Notes: generated from the letters alone by a model not told the origin. Positions 50,634 through 64,000 are shown, counted from the first letter of the stretch. The stretch is 64,000 nucleotides of DNA from Octopus sinensis (GCF_006345805.1 NC_043000.1:114452001-114516000); one strand, 5' to 3'. Translations and numbers: made by a program.

Positions 50634-53062
50634 TGCTAACAGAACTTTACAATGATGTTTTGCAACACCCTAGTAGGATGCCTCCTCGGCTAGTTAATGG
50701 GTTAACATTCCTGCTTCCAAAACGTGAAGAAACAAATGAACCAAAAAACTATAGACCCATAACCTGCTTAACAACTATGTATAAAACACTAACATCTGTC
50801 CTGACGGAATATACCTATAGTTTTTTGACAGACAGCAGCATATTCCCTAATGAACAGAAAGGATGTAAACGTGGATCCTACGGTTGTAAAGATCAGCTAC
50901 TCATCAATAAGATGATCTTAGAAGATTGTCACAAACGACACAAAAACTTATCAATAGCCTGGATAGACTATAAAAAGGCCTTTGATAGCCTACCACATAG
51001 CTGGATTAAGAAATGCCTAGAAATGTATAAGATAGAACCTGCTCTGCGAAACTTTTTGTCTGTAAGTAGGAGATCATGGAGAACCACACTAACTTTGAAC
51101 AGTGACAATGAATCTCTAAATGCTGGTGATGTAAAAATTTCATGTGGCATTTTCCAGGGTGACTCACTATCACCACTCCTCTTCTGTTTAGCCGTAATAC
51201 CTCTCTCAAAACTGCTCAATGACGCGCAGTACGGATATAAAATGTTTGATAAAAATATAAATCATCTCATTTACATGGATGATTTAAAGCTCTTTGCAAA
51301 AAATGACCAACAACTCAAGGGCTTACTAGCGATTGTCAAACAATTCAGTGATGACATCAGAATGCAATTTGGCCTCGATAAATGTGCAAAAGCTACCTTT
51401 ATCAAAGGAAAAATGACAGAAACATCTAACGTTAAACTTGACCAGCAGAATGTCATAAAAGAATTAGACCCAGCAGAGAACTACAAGTATCTAGGGGTAA
51501 CTGAAGGAGAAGGAATAAGGCATTCAGAGATGAAGGAAAGGATCAGGAGAGAATGTTATCGCAGAGTAAGAGCAATACTCAAGGCAGAGCTGAATGCGAG
51601 AAACAGGATCGAAGCGATCAATGCATTAGCCATACCAGTTGTGACTTACAGTTTCAATATCGTTAACTGGTCAATAACTGAAATATGTAATCTTGACAGA
51701 AAAATACGAAAACTGTTGACAATGCATAGAATGCACCACCCTAAGGCAGATACAGAACGACTTTATCTGCCAAGAAAAGAGGGAGGCCGTGGACTTTTAC
51801 AACTGGCAATAACAATGAAGATTGCTACAATTGGCCTAGACACCTACCTGAAAAACTCTGAGGACTGGATGTTAAAACTTGTCTCAAAACATGAAAACAA
51901 GAAAGCATCATACTCAGTAACAAAACAGGCAAAGGAATATCTAAGTGAATTCCGAATACAACAAATTTCGGAATTAGAGATAGACATACAAGAAACAGGC
52001 ACAGAAAAAGCTAAGCGCATGAAAACCCGTGCTAAATCTGCGGCCTTAGATATTCTGAATGATAAATGGCAAGAAAAACCTTTCTATGGCAAATACCCAA
52101 AGAGAGCAAATAATGCAGATGTTGACAAAGCCCTGACCCATCAATGGCTAATTGCCTCTGGCTTAAAATCTGAAACAGAGGGGTTTATCATAGCAGCTCA
52201 AGATCAATGCCTACCAACAAGAAACTACCAGGCCAACATATTAAAGATCAGAAGCAGTCCAACGTGTCGTGTATGCCAGAAACAAAATGAAACCATTGAC
52301 CATGTGGTCTCCAAGTGCAGTCTTCTAGCGCCTACAGAGTATCTCAACAGACACGATAGAGCTGCACAATATATTCACTGGGTAATCTGCAAAAACCTGG
52401 ATTTGCCCCATGAAAAAAACTGGTGGGAACACAAACCACCCCCAGTGCTTGAAAATGACCACATCTCACTCCTCTGGAACTTCACCATTCAAACTGACAG
52501 AAAGATAAATGCAAATAGGCCAGACATCATATTGAAAGACTTCAAACAAAGAACATGCCTCCTCATTGATATGACTGTCCCAATCGATATAAACGTATCT
52601 GTCAAGACCTACCAAAAACTGAGCAAATATAAAGATCTTGAAATAGAAATCAGCAAAATGTGGAACCTGAAGACTAAAACAATACCTGTTGTCATAGGTG
52701 CCCTGGGAATGATAGCAAAATGGGCTGATAGCTACCTAACTCAGATACCAGGAAACCCCAAAATGGCAGAAATTCAAAAGATAGTGCTCATGGGAACTGC
52801 TCATATCCTACGCAAAATACTTTCTTTGTAATCTCAAGGTTTAAAACAAACATAATTTTCGGTTTAAAAAAAAAAAAAAAAATTTTATTTTTATTTATTT
52901 TTTTTAGACATTCATTAGTACAACACCAAAAACTCCCCCACCCAAAAATATATGGCACACTAGGCATAACAACAACATGAACTTCCAACCTGTTGTCTCT
53001 TGAGGTCTCTGGGTGAGACTTGGAGCCAACTTGTACAAATATAAAGCAAAAGTCAAACATAG
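50633..53062 (+). mobile_element. R4/Dong-type LINE (family R-A), 5'-truncated, young, in an (AAT)n array
   Basis: (TAA)n 50553-50632 and (AAT)n after 53062; 3' UTR matches 33072-33291. Confidence 0.95.
50660..52831 (+). CDS. Uninterrupted RT-CCHC-RLE ORF of the R4/Dong LINE (partial, 723 aa)
   Basis: WIDYKKAFDS, GIFQGDSLSPLLF, YMDDLKL, CRVC..H..SKC, RPDIILKD, KLSKYKDL; no stops. Confidence 0.93.
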   Translation: MQHPSRMPPRLVNGLTFLLPKREETNEPKNYRPITCLTTMYKTLTSVLTEYTYSFLTDSSIFPNEQKGCKRGSYGCKDQLLINKMILEDCHKRHKNLSIAWIDYKKAFDSLPHSWIKKCLEMYKIEPALRNFLSVSRRSWRTTLTLNSDNESLNAGDVKISCGIFQGDSLSPLLFCLAVIPLSKLLNDAQYGYKMFDKNINHLIYMDDLKLFAKNDQQLKGLLAIVKQFSDDIRMQFGLDKCAKATFIKGKMTETSNVKLDQQNVIKELDPAENYKYLGVTEGEGIRHSEMKERIRRECYRRVRAILKAELNARNRIEAINALAIPVVTYSFNIVNWSITEICNLDRKIRKLLTMHRMHHPKADTERLYLPRKEGGRGLLQLAITMKIATIGLDTYLKNSEDWMLKLVSKHENKKASYSVTKQAKEYLSEFRIQQISELEIDIQETGTEKAKRMKTRAKSAALDILNDKWQEKPFYGKYPKRANNADVDKALTHQWLIASGLKSETEGFIIAAQDQCLPTRNYQANILKIRSSPTCRVCQKQNETIDHVVSKCSLLAPTEYLNRHDRAAQYIHWVICKNLDLPHEKNWWEHKPPPVLENDHISLLWNFTIQTDRKINANRPDIILKDFKQRTCLLIDMTVPIDINVSVKTYQKLSKYKDLEIEISKMWNLKTKTIPVVIGALGMIAKWADSYLTQIPGNPKMAEIQKIVLMGTAHILRKILSL

Positions 53063-53188
53063 AATAATAATAATAATAATAATAATGGACGGTTCTTGGC
53101 ATCTAAGGTTACTTGTTGTAACCCTAAGTCATGATTCCTTTCTTTTCCAACAGTCTAATCTGTTGAGTGTATAATAATGATAATAATA

Positions 53189-53256
<68 letters not shown>

Positions 53257-53257
<1 letters not shown>

Positions 53258-53725
53258 GTATAAAAGATGGGCTACAGCAAATGTTCTGCTCAATACCACA
53301 GATTTGCTTGTCAGTTGTTTGACCTTAACCAGTTGAGCATGTCCCTTAGTGGCTGACGATATGTGCATCTCTGATCACGAGCAGAAGTAGTGGGGGAGCA
53401 TCATAGCCATGTGTTGAGAGGGATTTTTGGGGTTTGAATAATTCACCTTTGGAAACATGGGTGGTTCTTTCAACATCCTTAAACAACCCTTATTCAGGGA
53501 CCTTTTGAGCGGGATGGGCTACTCAACCTGAAGAAAATTCTAACTGGGCCCCACCTGCAAGGCCATGTGCTGTTTATCTTGATATGAGATCACCATGTTG
53601 CGCACATATGGTTGTGATGCATGTGCCTGGTGTACCTTTATCAGACGGGTAGTCATGATGGGTATATTGAGCTTCGTATATTTTACCCCAGTGTCACTTT
53701 GATGGCATGCACTGCTCTCTCACTC
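53257..53725 (+). mobile_element. Element X, copy 4
   Basis: Same sequence, ends cactc(aat)n. Confidence 0.85.
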
Positions 53726-53756
<31 letters not shown>

Positions 53757-53804
53757 TAATAATAATAATAATATAATAATATAATAATAATAAATAATAT
53801 AATA

Positions 53805-53839
<35 letters not shown>

Positions 53840-53969
53840 TAATAATAATAATAATAATAATATATAATAATAATAATAATAATTATAATGGACGGTTCTT
53901 GGCATCTAAGGTTACTTGTAATCCGATGTCAGGATTCTTTTCTTTTCCAACAGTCTGTTGAGTGTATAT

Positions 53970-54403
53970 GTCTGCAACGGGAAACGACCACCTTTGGCTT
54001 CAAGACGAAAGGTGTTCTTCCATCAGGATAATACTCGGCCACATACAGCGAGGATGACCTTTTAAAGGCTGGAGCAATTTCAATGGGAAACGATGCCCCA
54101 CCCACCATATTCGCCGGACATTGCCCCATCTGATTATTATTTATTTCGCAGTCTTCAAAATCATTTGGACGGAAAAAAATATGAATCCTGTAGACGAGGT
54201 CAGAACAGTACTGGAGGAGTATTTTTCGTCACGGACAAATGAATTTTGGAAGAAGGGTCTTGCAAGTCTAGCAGATAGTTGGAAGAGCATTGTAGAAAGT
54301 GAAGGAGAGTATATATTATATTAAAAAAGAATCTTGTTTATCTTAATTTTGAAAAATAAAAGAAGTATAAAAAAAACAGCATTATTTATGGGATGACCCA
54401 AAA
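53970..54403 (+). mobile_element. Mariner transposon 3' remnant
   Basis: FHQDNTRPH...PHPPYSPDIAPSDYYLF (D34D), then frameshifted W..IV..EGEY; right end tttatgggatgacccaa. Confidence 0.88.
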
Positions 54404-54819
54404 TATATCATATGAAAGAAATTTTGTATACAATGCTCAGGGGCACTACAACTAAGAAAAAAACAAGTCATCAGGTACAGTGTTGACGGATTTCAAGAAG
54501 CATGGCTATATTAGTCTTTATTTGTCATAAGTGCAGTGAAAATTGTTGACATAAGAAATAGGTAAAATGAAGACACTGCGGGTGTAATATTGTGAGAAAC
54601 GATTTAAAAGCATATTAACGAAGTGGTGCTGATGGTGGTGGTGGGTGAATGATAGTGTGTTGGTGTACACAGACGGTTAAATCCCAAAGGGACAGAGCAT
54701 TGCAGTAGCAGCAGATGAGACTGGAGTGCATACCAAACGTCGGTTTTGATGGACTTGAGACAGAATAGGATCAAGGAGAGAAGAAAGTTAGACACATCAG
54801 ATGCTGGTAGTTATTCTGA

Positions 54820-55153
54820 GACCCCCTTCGGTCACGACACTGACCATTAGATTGCACTTAGAAAGTTACCCTCCCAGGTACAAGTCTGGGCAAGGTTGTT
54901 TTATGGAAGACCTGCAATAGCCCATGCATACCGGCCTTCCTTCTCCACGCCACCAGTGTTATCCAAGGGAAAGGCAAAGGCCGATACAGCTTGGCACCAG
55001 TGATGTCGTAGCTCATTTCTACAGATGAATGAACTGGAGCAACATGAAATAAAGTGTCTTGCTCCAGAACACAACACGCAGCCCAGTCCGGGATTCGAAC
55101 TCACAACCTCACGGTCATAAGAGCGACGCTCTAACTACAGAGCCATGCGCCTT
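54820..55153 (-). mobile_element. SINE family B
   Basis: Matches 3396-3726. Confidence 0.85.
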
Positions 55154-55324
55154 CACATGCAGAGTTTTAGCTCAGCCTCTGATCTTATAGATCTATGGCC
55201 AAAGGTGTTCCAGCCATTTTTGCGTATCTACGACTAAATAGTCCAACGTTTCCTTCTTTGTTTCATATTGCAATATAATACGATATGATGCGATTTATTA
55301 TTATATAATATAGAATTAATCGTT

Positions 55325-55534
55325 TCTACTATAGTCACAAGACCCGGAATTATGGGGGAGGGGGACTAGTCGAGTATATCGACCTCAGTGCGTAACTGGT
55401 ACTTATTTCATCGACCCCGAAAGAGTAAAAGGCATAGTCAACCTCGGCGGAATTTGAACTCAGAACGTAAAGACAGATGAAATGCCACTAAGCATTTTGC
55501 CCGGCGTGCTAACGATTCTGCCAGCTCACCGTCT
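55325..55534 (-). mobile_element. SINE family A, short-tail variant
   Basis: Head, core and short tail. Confidence 0.85.
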
Positions 55535-55553
55535 TAAATGATATGATATAATA

Positions 55554-56130
55554 CGAGGGGTGTATGAAAAGTCCTGAGCCTAAAAAAAAAAACAAAAACA
55601 AAAGAAAAACATGGTATATGACTTCTGATGATTTATTTTTCAACATAGTCCCTCTCGATGGCTGAACACTTTCTCCAGCGGTGCTGAAGCGCCATTATCC
55701 TGGCGTAGAGGAACTCTTTTGTTTGAGACTCCAAGAAACATCCTACAGTGTTTGTGACGTCATTGTCACGTCATTGTCACTGGCAAAATGGCGACCAGCC
55801 AGGGCTTTTTCATTTTTGGAAATAGATGAAAGTCAGAGGGGACTAAGTCTGGCGAATAAGGCGGATGGGGAACAAGTTCGTATCCACAATCACGAATTGT
55901 TGCCATGGCAGCCACTGAGGTGTGTGCTGGAGCATTGTCGTGATGAAAAAGGACTCCTCTGGTAAGCATTCCCGGCCTTTTTTCTTTGATTGCTTCTTGG
56001 AGGCGCTTCAGTAGTTGAGAATAATATAGCCCTGTCACGGCGCGACCCTTTTCAAAGTAATCGATCAGCTAGACACCTTGAGAATCCCAAAAAACGGACG
56101 CCATGACCTTGCCAGCTGAAGGAATGACCC
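55554..56130 (-). mobile_element. Mariner (Hsmar1/SETMAR-like) transposon 3' remnant
   Basis: SAGKVMASVFWD, FHHDNAPAH, PYSPDLVPSDFHLF; terminus TA|cgagggg. Confidence 0.9.
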
Positions 56131-56489
56131 TGGCCACAGACACACATACCGTCCTTTACCCTTGACACAAACCTTAAAACTCAATTGCCCTTACCAGTCC
56201 CCTACCCTCAGCCCTGTTACTCTTACCACTTGCTTTTAACCCCTTTCTCTTCACATGTCCTGTCACCAACTTGTCCTTGGTATTGGCCTCAAATTTTGAC
56301 ACAAGGCCAGCAATTTCTGGGGTGTGTGTAAGTCGATTGCATTGACCCTACTGCGTAACTGGTACTTATTTCATCAACTCCAAAAGGACGAAAGACAGCC
56401 TTTGCAGAATTTGACCTCAGACGGACGAAATACCCCCAGGAATTTTGCCTAGTGTGCTAACAATTCTTCCAGCTTGCTGTCTTCATGAT

Positions 56490-56917
56490 AGTGGACCCGT
56501 TTGAAAGGGCTAAAGACAGACACTTTCCTCTTTGGACAAGCCCTCATCAACTTTTTCAAGTTTCACTTGAGAATGAAGCTGAGGGTGGAGAGAGAAGTAT
56601 TGCCTTGTAGCAAGTTTGTTGAAAAGTTGGTAAATGCTGGAGGAACACCCAGTGTGAAAGGACCAATTCTGAGCATGCACTTATAAAAAAAAAAAGGAGA
56701 CCGGCTATTGCCCTGTTGTTCAGACACCCGTGGCTTTTGCGGGGTTTTCCACAAGGACCTTAAAGTGCCTGCCCTATTGGGAGTCTTAATTTGTTTAATT
56801 TTAATTGTTATTACATTGTGTACACGTGAAAACCCATTGTATCGTCCTGTTTTTGTTTTTTATGTTGTTGTAAGTCTTTTTATGTTTTGTATGTGAGCCC
56901 TTGTAGCCAATAAAAGA

Positions 56918-56920
<3 letters not shown>
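56490..56920 (+). mobile_element. L1/Tx1-like LINE 3' end with (ATT)n tail
   Basis: WTRLKGL...LINFFKFHLRMKLRVER resembles Tx1-clade C-termini (recalled, not searched); T-rich 3' UTR, aataaa and (ATT)n. Confidence 0.55.
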
Positions 56921-56991
<71 letters not shown>

Positions 56992-57113
56992 CATTTCCAT
57001 TATGGTTCTTTTTCAGTGTGCCTGGAAAAGAAAGTTACCAGGTTAGTTCCCCAATATTTCTAGACTTCCACACTTCTATTTGGGCGTATGGGTGTATGTC
57101 TGTTGTGTTTTAT

Positions 57114-57203
<90 letters not shown>

Positions 57204-57258
57204 GGGGGGGGTGCCTGTGTGTATACTTGAATCTGTGTATGTGTATATTATACATATG

Positions 57259-57289
<31 letters not shown>

Positions 57290-57368
57290 TATATATATAT
57301 AAACGTACATGCACACAAAAATCGTACATGTTATATTCATATATACACGCATACATACGCAAGCACGC

Positions 57369-57463
<95 letters not shown>

Positions 57464-58223
57464 ATATCATAATGCAATTTTGTCTTCAGTCAGGCAGAAT
57501 ATATCAGCGGTATAAGATAAATGATATATTGCCAAAATGAAATCGTCATCAATGTGTGTGTGTGTGTTTGTATGTTTGTTTGTGCGCGTGTGTATGTGTA
57601 TGTGTGTGTGTGGTTGGGGCGGGGTGTCGATGGAGGTTTAGTCTTAAATCATGGCTAATGTTAATCTTTATGAAGCGAAAGATCTTGTAACATTTTCACT
57701 TGGAAGTCGGGGAATCTTAAATATTTATCATATCGAAAGATAGCAGCGAGATTGCTGTCTGGTTGAGCATATTTTAGGGATGAGATATTTATAGGGTCTA
57801 GTGGGGTGGGGAAGGGGTATTCTGATTGGGATCCCTGTTAAGTCGAGGTTTATTAATGTTTTGCACCAATGGCGTGGTTTCTTCCCTATTTTAACCATCA
57901 CGTGGTTGTGTGGTATGAAGTTTGCTTCCTGATCACATGGTTCCGAGTTCAGTCCCGCAGTGGGACACCTTGGGCAAGTGTCTTCTACTATAACTCTGGG
58001 CCAACTATAACCGCAAAATCTTTTGAGTGAATTTGATAGACGGAAACTGAAAGGAGCTCGTTTACCTTTGTGTTTGTGTTTGTAGCCCTCCGCCTCTTGA
58101 CAACCGGTGTTAGTTTGTTTACGCCCCCGATATAAAAAGCACCAAGCTTACAAAGAAAAAAAACAGAAAGAGAAAAGAATGAGTATTGAACCCGGAACCA
58201 TGTGACTGGAGAGCAAGCTTCTT

Positions 58224-58450
58224 ATTTATTGCCCACAAGGGGCTAAACATAGAGGGTACAAACAAGGACAGACAAACGGATTAAGTCGATTATATCAACC
58301 CCAGTGCGTAACTGGTACTCAATTTATCAACCCCGAAAGGATGAAAGGCAAAGTCGACCTCGGCGGAATTTGAACTCAGAACGTAACGGCAGACGAAATA
58401 CGGCTACGCATTTCGCCCGGCGTGCTAACGTTTCTGCCAGCTCGCCGCCT
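58224..58450 (-). mobile_element. SINE family A, full length
   Basis: Complete head, core and long tail. Confidence 0.9.
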
Positions 58451-58929
58451 TCTTACCATACGGCCATGTATGCCGTCTTCTATTTCGACACCTTCGTACT
58501 CGAAGATGTAAATAACTATTGCAATTCTCTTCGGTGGTAAATAAATGTTTCGATGGCCGACTCAGTTGACTTCAGGGACACAACATTTGATTAAAGAAAT
58601 GTTCCAACACTCCTGCACATAAGGATTCATAGTTGGGTGCGCTGCAAAGTGTCTGATAAAAATACTTACCTACCTACCTACTTACATGCCTGCCTGCCTG
58701 TCTGCCTGCCTGCCTGCCTGCCTACCTTCCTACCTACCTACCTACCTACCTACCTACATACATACATACATACATACATACATACATACATACATACATA
58801 CTTACATACATACATATATACATACAAATGAAAATACCCTGTTGTTGATACTGAAATTTCACTAGGTTAGAAACCGGGTCTTTCTCTATTGGCAAGAGAC
58901 CTTGAAATAAACTGAATAATGAATATACA

Positions 58930-58960
<31 letters not shown>

Positions 58961-59639
58961 TTATATAAATACACACACGCACACAGACAAGCACACACAC
59001 AGGCACACGCGCACACACGCACGCATATACATACGTACATGCATATACATAAAAATATATACATACTTATACATGCCTGCATGTACATATATACATACAT
59101 ACCTTCATGTACACATGCATACATATGTATATTTATATAAATACACACAGACACAGATACACAGACGCACAGACACACACACACACACACAGACATATAT
59201 ACACGCATACATATACATAAAAATATACATACATACATGCATGCATATATGTGTGTATGTGTGGGAGACGCGTGGCTTAGTGGTTAAGGTGTTGCACTCG
59301 TGAGCATGAGTTTCTGGTCTGGATGATGCACGATATTCTTGAGCAAGACACTTCATTTTACCTTGTCCCAGTCTACTCAGCCGGCAAAGAGGTTGAGAGA
59401 ATATTTACACAGAAGCCGGGAAGCCGACCTTCTGAGCCAATGACTCGTGAAGGGCCTTTCTTCCTTTTCATGTAAAGATATGAATGAGAAATGGGAGGTC
59501 GGGGTGGATGGCGGAAGGTAATTACACTGCATAATTAAGTCCTGGGTTATGCACTGCATCAAGGGGAGGGGGAAAAAAGAGGACGAGATGTTTCACGTCT
59601 GCAACGTCTTTGAACATAGATGTTCTGAAGCAGGGCCGA

Positions 59640-59831
59640 CGTGACAAAACATCCTGCTCCTGCTCCTCCCCTCCCACTCTTCTTCTTATTACTCCTCCTC
59701 CCCTTCCTCTCTTCCTCCTTCTTCTTCTCCCCCTCCTCCTCCTCGTTGTCGTCGTTATAATCATTATCACCATCATCGTCACCATATCGTCGTCATCTCC
59801 ATCATCATCATCATCATCATCATCATTACCC

Positions 59832-59866
<35 letters not shown>

Positions 59867-60290
59867 GTCAGCATCGTCAGCATCATCATCACAAACACCA
59901 CTGCTACTACCACCACCATCGTCGCCGTCACCAAAATCACCACCACCACCACCACCAGCCGTTCAAGAATTTGGACCTGGAGATCTCCATTTCCAGCGAC
60001 TTCAAGGGCCACCCCTCAGTGGTGTCGGGCGTCAACGAAGAGCCCTCGACTACAACAAGGCGACCAAAGTTTTTTTTTTTTTGCCCAAGGTCTAGGGTCT
60101 CCCGCCCCTAAACCCTAGACCATCACATAATCACCCTTACCCGTCTTGTTGCTTAACAACTACCACCATACCACCACCACCACCACCACCACCACCACCA
60201 CCACCACCATCACAATCATCAGCATCATCACCGCCACCGCCGCCGCCGTCGTCGTCACTATCAATAACAATAGCAAGAACAACAGCATCG
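59640..60290. repeat. CTC/CAT/CAC trinucleotide cluster
   Basis: Directly visible. Confidence 0.9.
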
Positions 60291-60665
60291 TTATCGAACG
60301 GGAAGACTCGGTAGTAACTTTACTCTTGCGGCCAACAAGTGACAAACTACCGCAGTGTTAAATCTTTTGTGTCATATTATGTCAGTGATTTCCAAACCAC
60401 ATGAAACACAACAGCCGCTGCTGTCGTTGCTGTTGTTGCTGCTGATTGCAGGTTTATGTTAGTATTTATCAGTAATTGACGCAATTAATGCCGTTTCTCT
60501 TTCCTCATCGTCCTCCCTTTCTGTATTTCTACTGATCTGTCTCTTCCCATTCTCCCTCTCTCTCCAAGAACTTTTTCTCTTTTCTCACTTTCTGCACTTT
60601 TCAGCTTAAAAGACTCCTGGTCAGATATATATATATATATTATATATCTATATATATATATATAT

Positions 60666-60702
<37 letters not shown>

Positions 60703-60998
60703 GTATTGCATATATGTATATATGTTTAATATATATATGTATGTATATATATATGCATATATATATATATGTATATATATATATAAACATGCATATATAT
60801 GTATATAATATATATATTATATAATATATATATATCTATATATATATATATATATATATATATCATATACATATATACATATATGCATATATACATATAT
60901 ATATATAATATATACATACATATATTTATATACATATATGCATATATACATATGTCTATTTGTATTTATATGTGTGTCCATACATACATACATACATG

Positions 60999-61030
<32 letters not shown>

Positions 61031-61072
61031 CATATATATATATATGTAATATTATAATACAAACACACAAGC

Positions 61073-61124
<52 letters not shown>

Positions 61125-61384
61125 AATGTATATATACATTTTGTGGGTTTAAATGTGTGCGGGGGCACGTGAGCGTATGTACCATGAGTGTGTATGTGTG
61201 TGCGTCTATGTGTGAGTAAGTGGAGCAAGAAATGTAAAGAGGAAGAGAGAGCGTGTAAAAGAGAGAAAGAGAGAGACAGAGAGAAGAAGAGCAAGAGAGT
61301 AGGCGATTCTGATTGAATTGTATATTATATTTATTGAAGATATGATTTACAAAATATTGCATTTAAATTTTATCTAAAGGCCAC

Positions 61385-61560
61385 CATTTTTAGAGGTGAG
61401 GGGGATGTAAATCGATTGAATCGACCCCAGTGACCAACTTCTACTTATTTCATCGACTCCGAATGGGCGAAAGGTAAAACTGACCTCGGCGGAATTTGAA
61501 CTCAGAACGTAAAGACGGACGAAATGCCGCTAAGCATTTTGCCCGGCGTGCTAACAGTTC
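61385..61560 (-). mobile_element. SINE family A, short-tail variant
   Basis: B-box and core. Confidence 0.8.
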
Positions 61561-62109
61561 TGACATTTTACCGGCTTTATGAGTTATAAAATAATGATTA
61601 ATTTTCAGTAGACCAACCATCTTAGATATTTACCAGGAGAAAATGAGATAGGGGTAGGTGTGGTACCTTGTTATATCATATTGGTGACGTAACTGAAGTG
61701 AAATGCTTCAATAATTCGTTCTTGTACAATCCCTCAAATCTTGGACATGCTGGACACGTATGTATGTATGTATGTATGTATGTATGTATGTATGTATGTA
61801 TGTATGCATGCATGCATGTATGTATGTATGTATGTATGTATGTATGTATGTATGTATGTATGTACGTACGTATGTATGCGTGTGTGTGTATGTGTCATTA
61901 TTTAATTTTATTTCGAGATTTCTTGCCAATACAGAAAGAGCCGGTTTCTAACCTAGATGCAAGGTTCCTTCATTGGAATTTCAACGAAGTCAACAGGGTA
62001 TTTGCGCATGTTTGTATGTATATGTGCAGTATTTGGAGTCAGTGCATGTGCAGCTTTATATGTTTTGTTTTATGAATGTATTCTCATGCATATAGTTGCA
62101 TGTCTAGAC

Positions 62110-63245
62110 ATTCACATATATACTTAAATGCTAAATTTCTGGTTTTGCGAAGCGTAATTTCTCAAGATTGGTATTTAGGTAGTGTGTTACATATCCCAGT
62201 GCCCCAATAATTACAGGTAGAAACCAGAATTTGTAATCTGGATAGAGTAACGGCAAATTTCCCAATAGTTCGGTGTAGGTATATTCTTTTTCATTGATCT
62301 TTGTCTTTATGGAACATCCGCAGAGCAGCTGATTTCCACAACTGGACAGTTTCTCTTTTTAGTCCCAAATCACTATGTCTGGTCTATTGTGTTTACATTT
62401 TATTGAGTTTTGCATTGGGGCATTCCACCAGTACTTCTTATTATGGGTGGTTATAGCCTCTACCATGCTGTGGTTCTTATGTCTTTGGCCCCAGGAATAT
62501 CCTTCCGACGGATCTCATTATACAGCATCTTGGCTACATCATGTGTCATCGGTGGATAACAGCGCAATGACATTTTTGGACAATTGCTTATGATATGGGT
62601 GATATCTTCGGTGTTAACTCCACAAAGTCTGCACCGGTTATCACATTTTGGTGTTTTTCCTGCATGTCTGTCCTTTTCGCGCATCAGGTATTTGGTTGAT
62701 ATTTCCCGCTCCTGGATTGCAAACGCATACCCTACAAAGTGGGAGTTACTAATCTGGTTGATAGACTGCTTTGATTATCAATGCTTACTATCAACCCGGA
62801 GCTTTACTGCTGACATATCCATGCATGGTTTTCTGCTGATATACGTTCATTCTTTCAGCAAATGATACATTCTTGTAGAGTCATGTGACTTCTTTGGAGA
62901 TGAATTCACGATTGTTAGACAAGGAATGTTGCTCGAAGAGCTGCTTTCAAAGTCACGTGGTGTTATCTGCCTGATGTTTGCAAACTTAATCAAGAAATGC
63001 ACTCCGACACTTGATGGTTAAAAGATGTTGCCGAAGGGATATATGACATTCAAGGCAGTTTGGATCGATGATAAGCCTACGCCTCTTTTCATTTTAGTCA
63101 ACGGCAATGTGCGTCGCTGTTGATGTGGAAATTATATGCGCTGGTTACTCTCTCCCGGATCTTCAGATCAATGGCTCGGATCTCATCAAGCGTCCAGTCA
63201 AGTAACCCACATACTGGTATGAGTACTTGTACAGCAAACACATTG
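62110..63245 (-). mobile_element. Old decayed RT-RLE (R4-clade) LINE fragment
   Basis: FAVQVLIP..DWT..EI..ID, CRLC...HIISNC, NRPDIVIWD, PVIIGALG in broken frames. Confidence 0.8.
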
Positions 63246-63599
63246 AATGTATGTATGTATATATGAATGTATGTATGCATATATATACATATATGTATGT
63301 ATGTTTGTATGTGTGCATGTATGCATCTATGTAAATATGTATGTACGAGTGTTTGTGTATGTGAGTGTGTACATACATACACACACATATACATATATAC
63401 ACATTTATGGATATATGTATATGCATTTGTGTGTATATGTGTGTATATACAGACACACTATATACATATTACGTACATACATACATACATACATACATGC
63501 GCGCATGCATACATACAAGTGCGTGTGTGTATTTTTTCTCCCCTTCACCCTTTTTGTATCTGTCTCTTTCTCTCCCCTCTTTCTCCTTTTCTCTCTCTT

Positions 63600-64000
63600 G
63601 TTGCTCACACGTGACCATCGTCTATCTTTCTTTTCCTCACGTGACCATCTTTCTTTTCCTACGCGACGTTCTAAAGACAGGACGTCTTCTAACCCCCTCT
63701 TCTATCTTTTCTGTTTTCAAACAAAATATTTCTTCCAGCATTCATTATTTCCTCCCTCGTTCTGGTCTAAGGACTCTCCATGTTTGTTTTCGTTCGGTTT
63801 CCTTGTACGGCTCCACTGTCCTGTTTTTGTTCCCAACTTTGACCCTCCATAAAATCCAAAATATATTTTGGAAGTTATGGGAACAACTGTCTTCGAAGAC
63901 TCATATTGTCGTTGAAAGCTCGAAATGAGGAGTAGATAGACAGCCGACAACTGACGAAGTGTCGTTCTTTGTGTTACTTGTCCTGTTTTCAATTTTCTTC
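63600..64000 (+). mobile_element. Penelope-associated repeat fragment (family P1)
   Basis: gaaatgaggagtagat...caactgacgaag and gttacttgtcctgttttc match the other P1 copies. Confidence 0.55.

Noticed and set aside
53257-53420. HDV-like ribozyme at the 5' end of element X
   Set aside because: Partial P1/P2/P3-like pairings can be drawn, but the L3 CC, the P1.1 GG and a proper J4/2 are missing.
58540-58580. Minus-strand cCTGAAG...GAAAcattTA motif
   Set aside because: A9 is lost and stems I and II do not pair.
58828-58920. Repeat with gaaaccgg and an upstream hairpin (also 61905-62000) as a hammerhead
   Set aside because: No recognisable core strand with 3-8 pairing, and stem I is unconvincing.

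Overview
This is AT-rich, microsatellite-dense animal genomic DNA, most likely from an octopod cephalopod (Octopus-like). That assignment is inferred from the repeat families and was not checked against a database. No host protein-coding gene can be confidently identified, and almost every ORF in the supplied track is a microsatellite artefact. The window is dominated by transposable elements. There are four tRNA-derived SINE families, labelled A-D here, with roughly 40 full or partial copies. There are R4/Dong-type RT-RLE LINEs and a non-coding ~500-bp companion element, all sitting in (AAT)n arrays. There are also CR1/L2-, RTE- and Tx1-like LINE 3' ends, Tc1 and mariner remnants, hAT-like MITEs, a Helitron-like element, and one long Neptune-type Penelope-like element (RT + GIY-YIG). 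The most interesting hidden layer is a set of minimal type I hammerhead ribozyme motifs in Penelope-derived pseudo-LTR fragments, several inside near-perfect inverted repeats. They include canonical cores and apparent natural core variants: U3-A8, A3-U8, and U6 plus an extra A. All RNA folds were read by eye. Coordinates of degenerate repeats are approximate.
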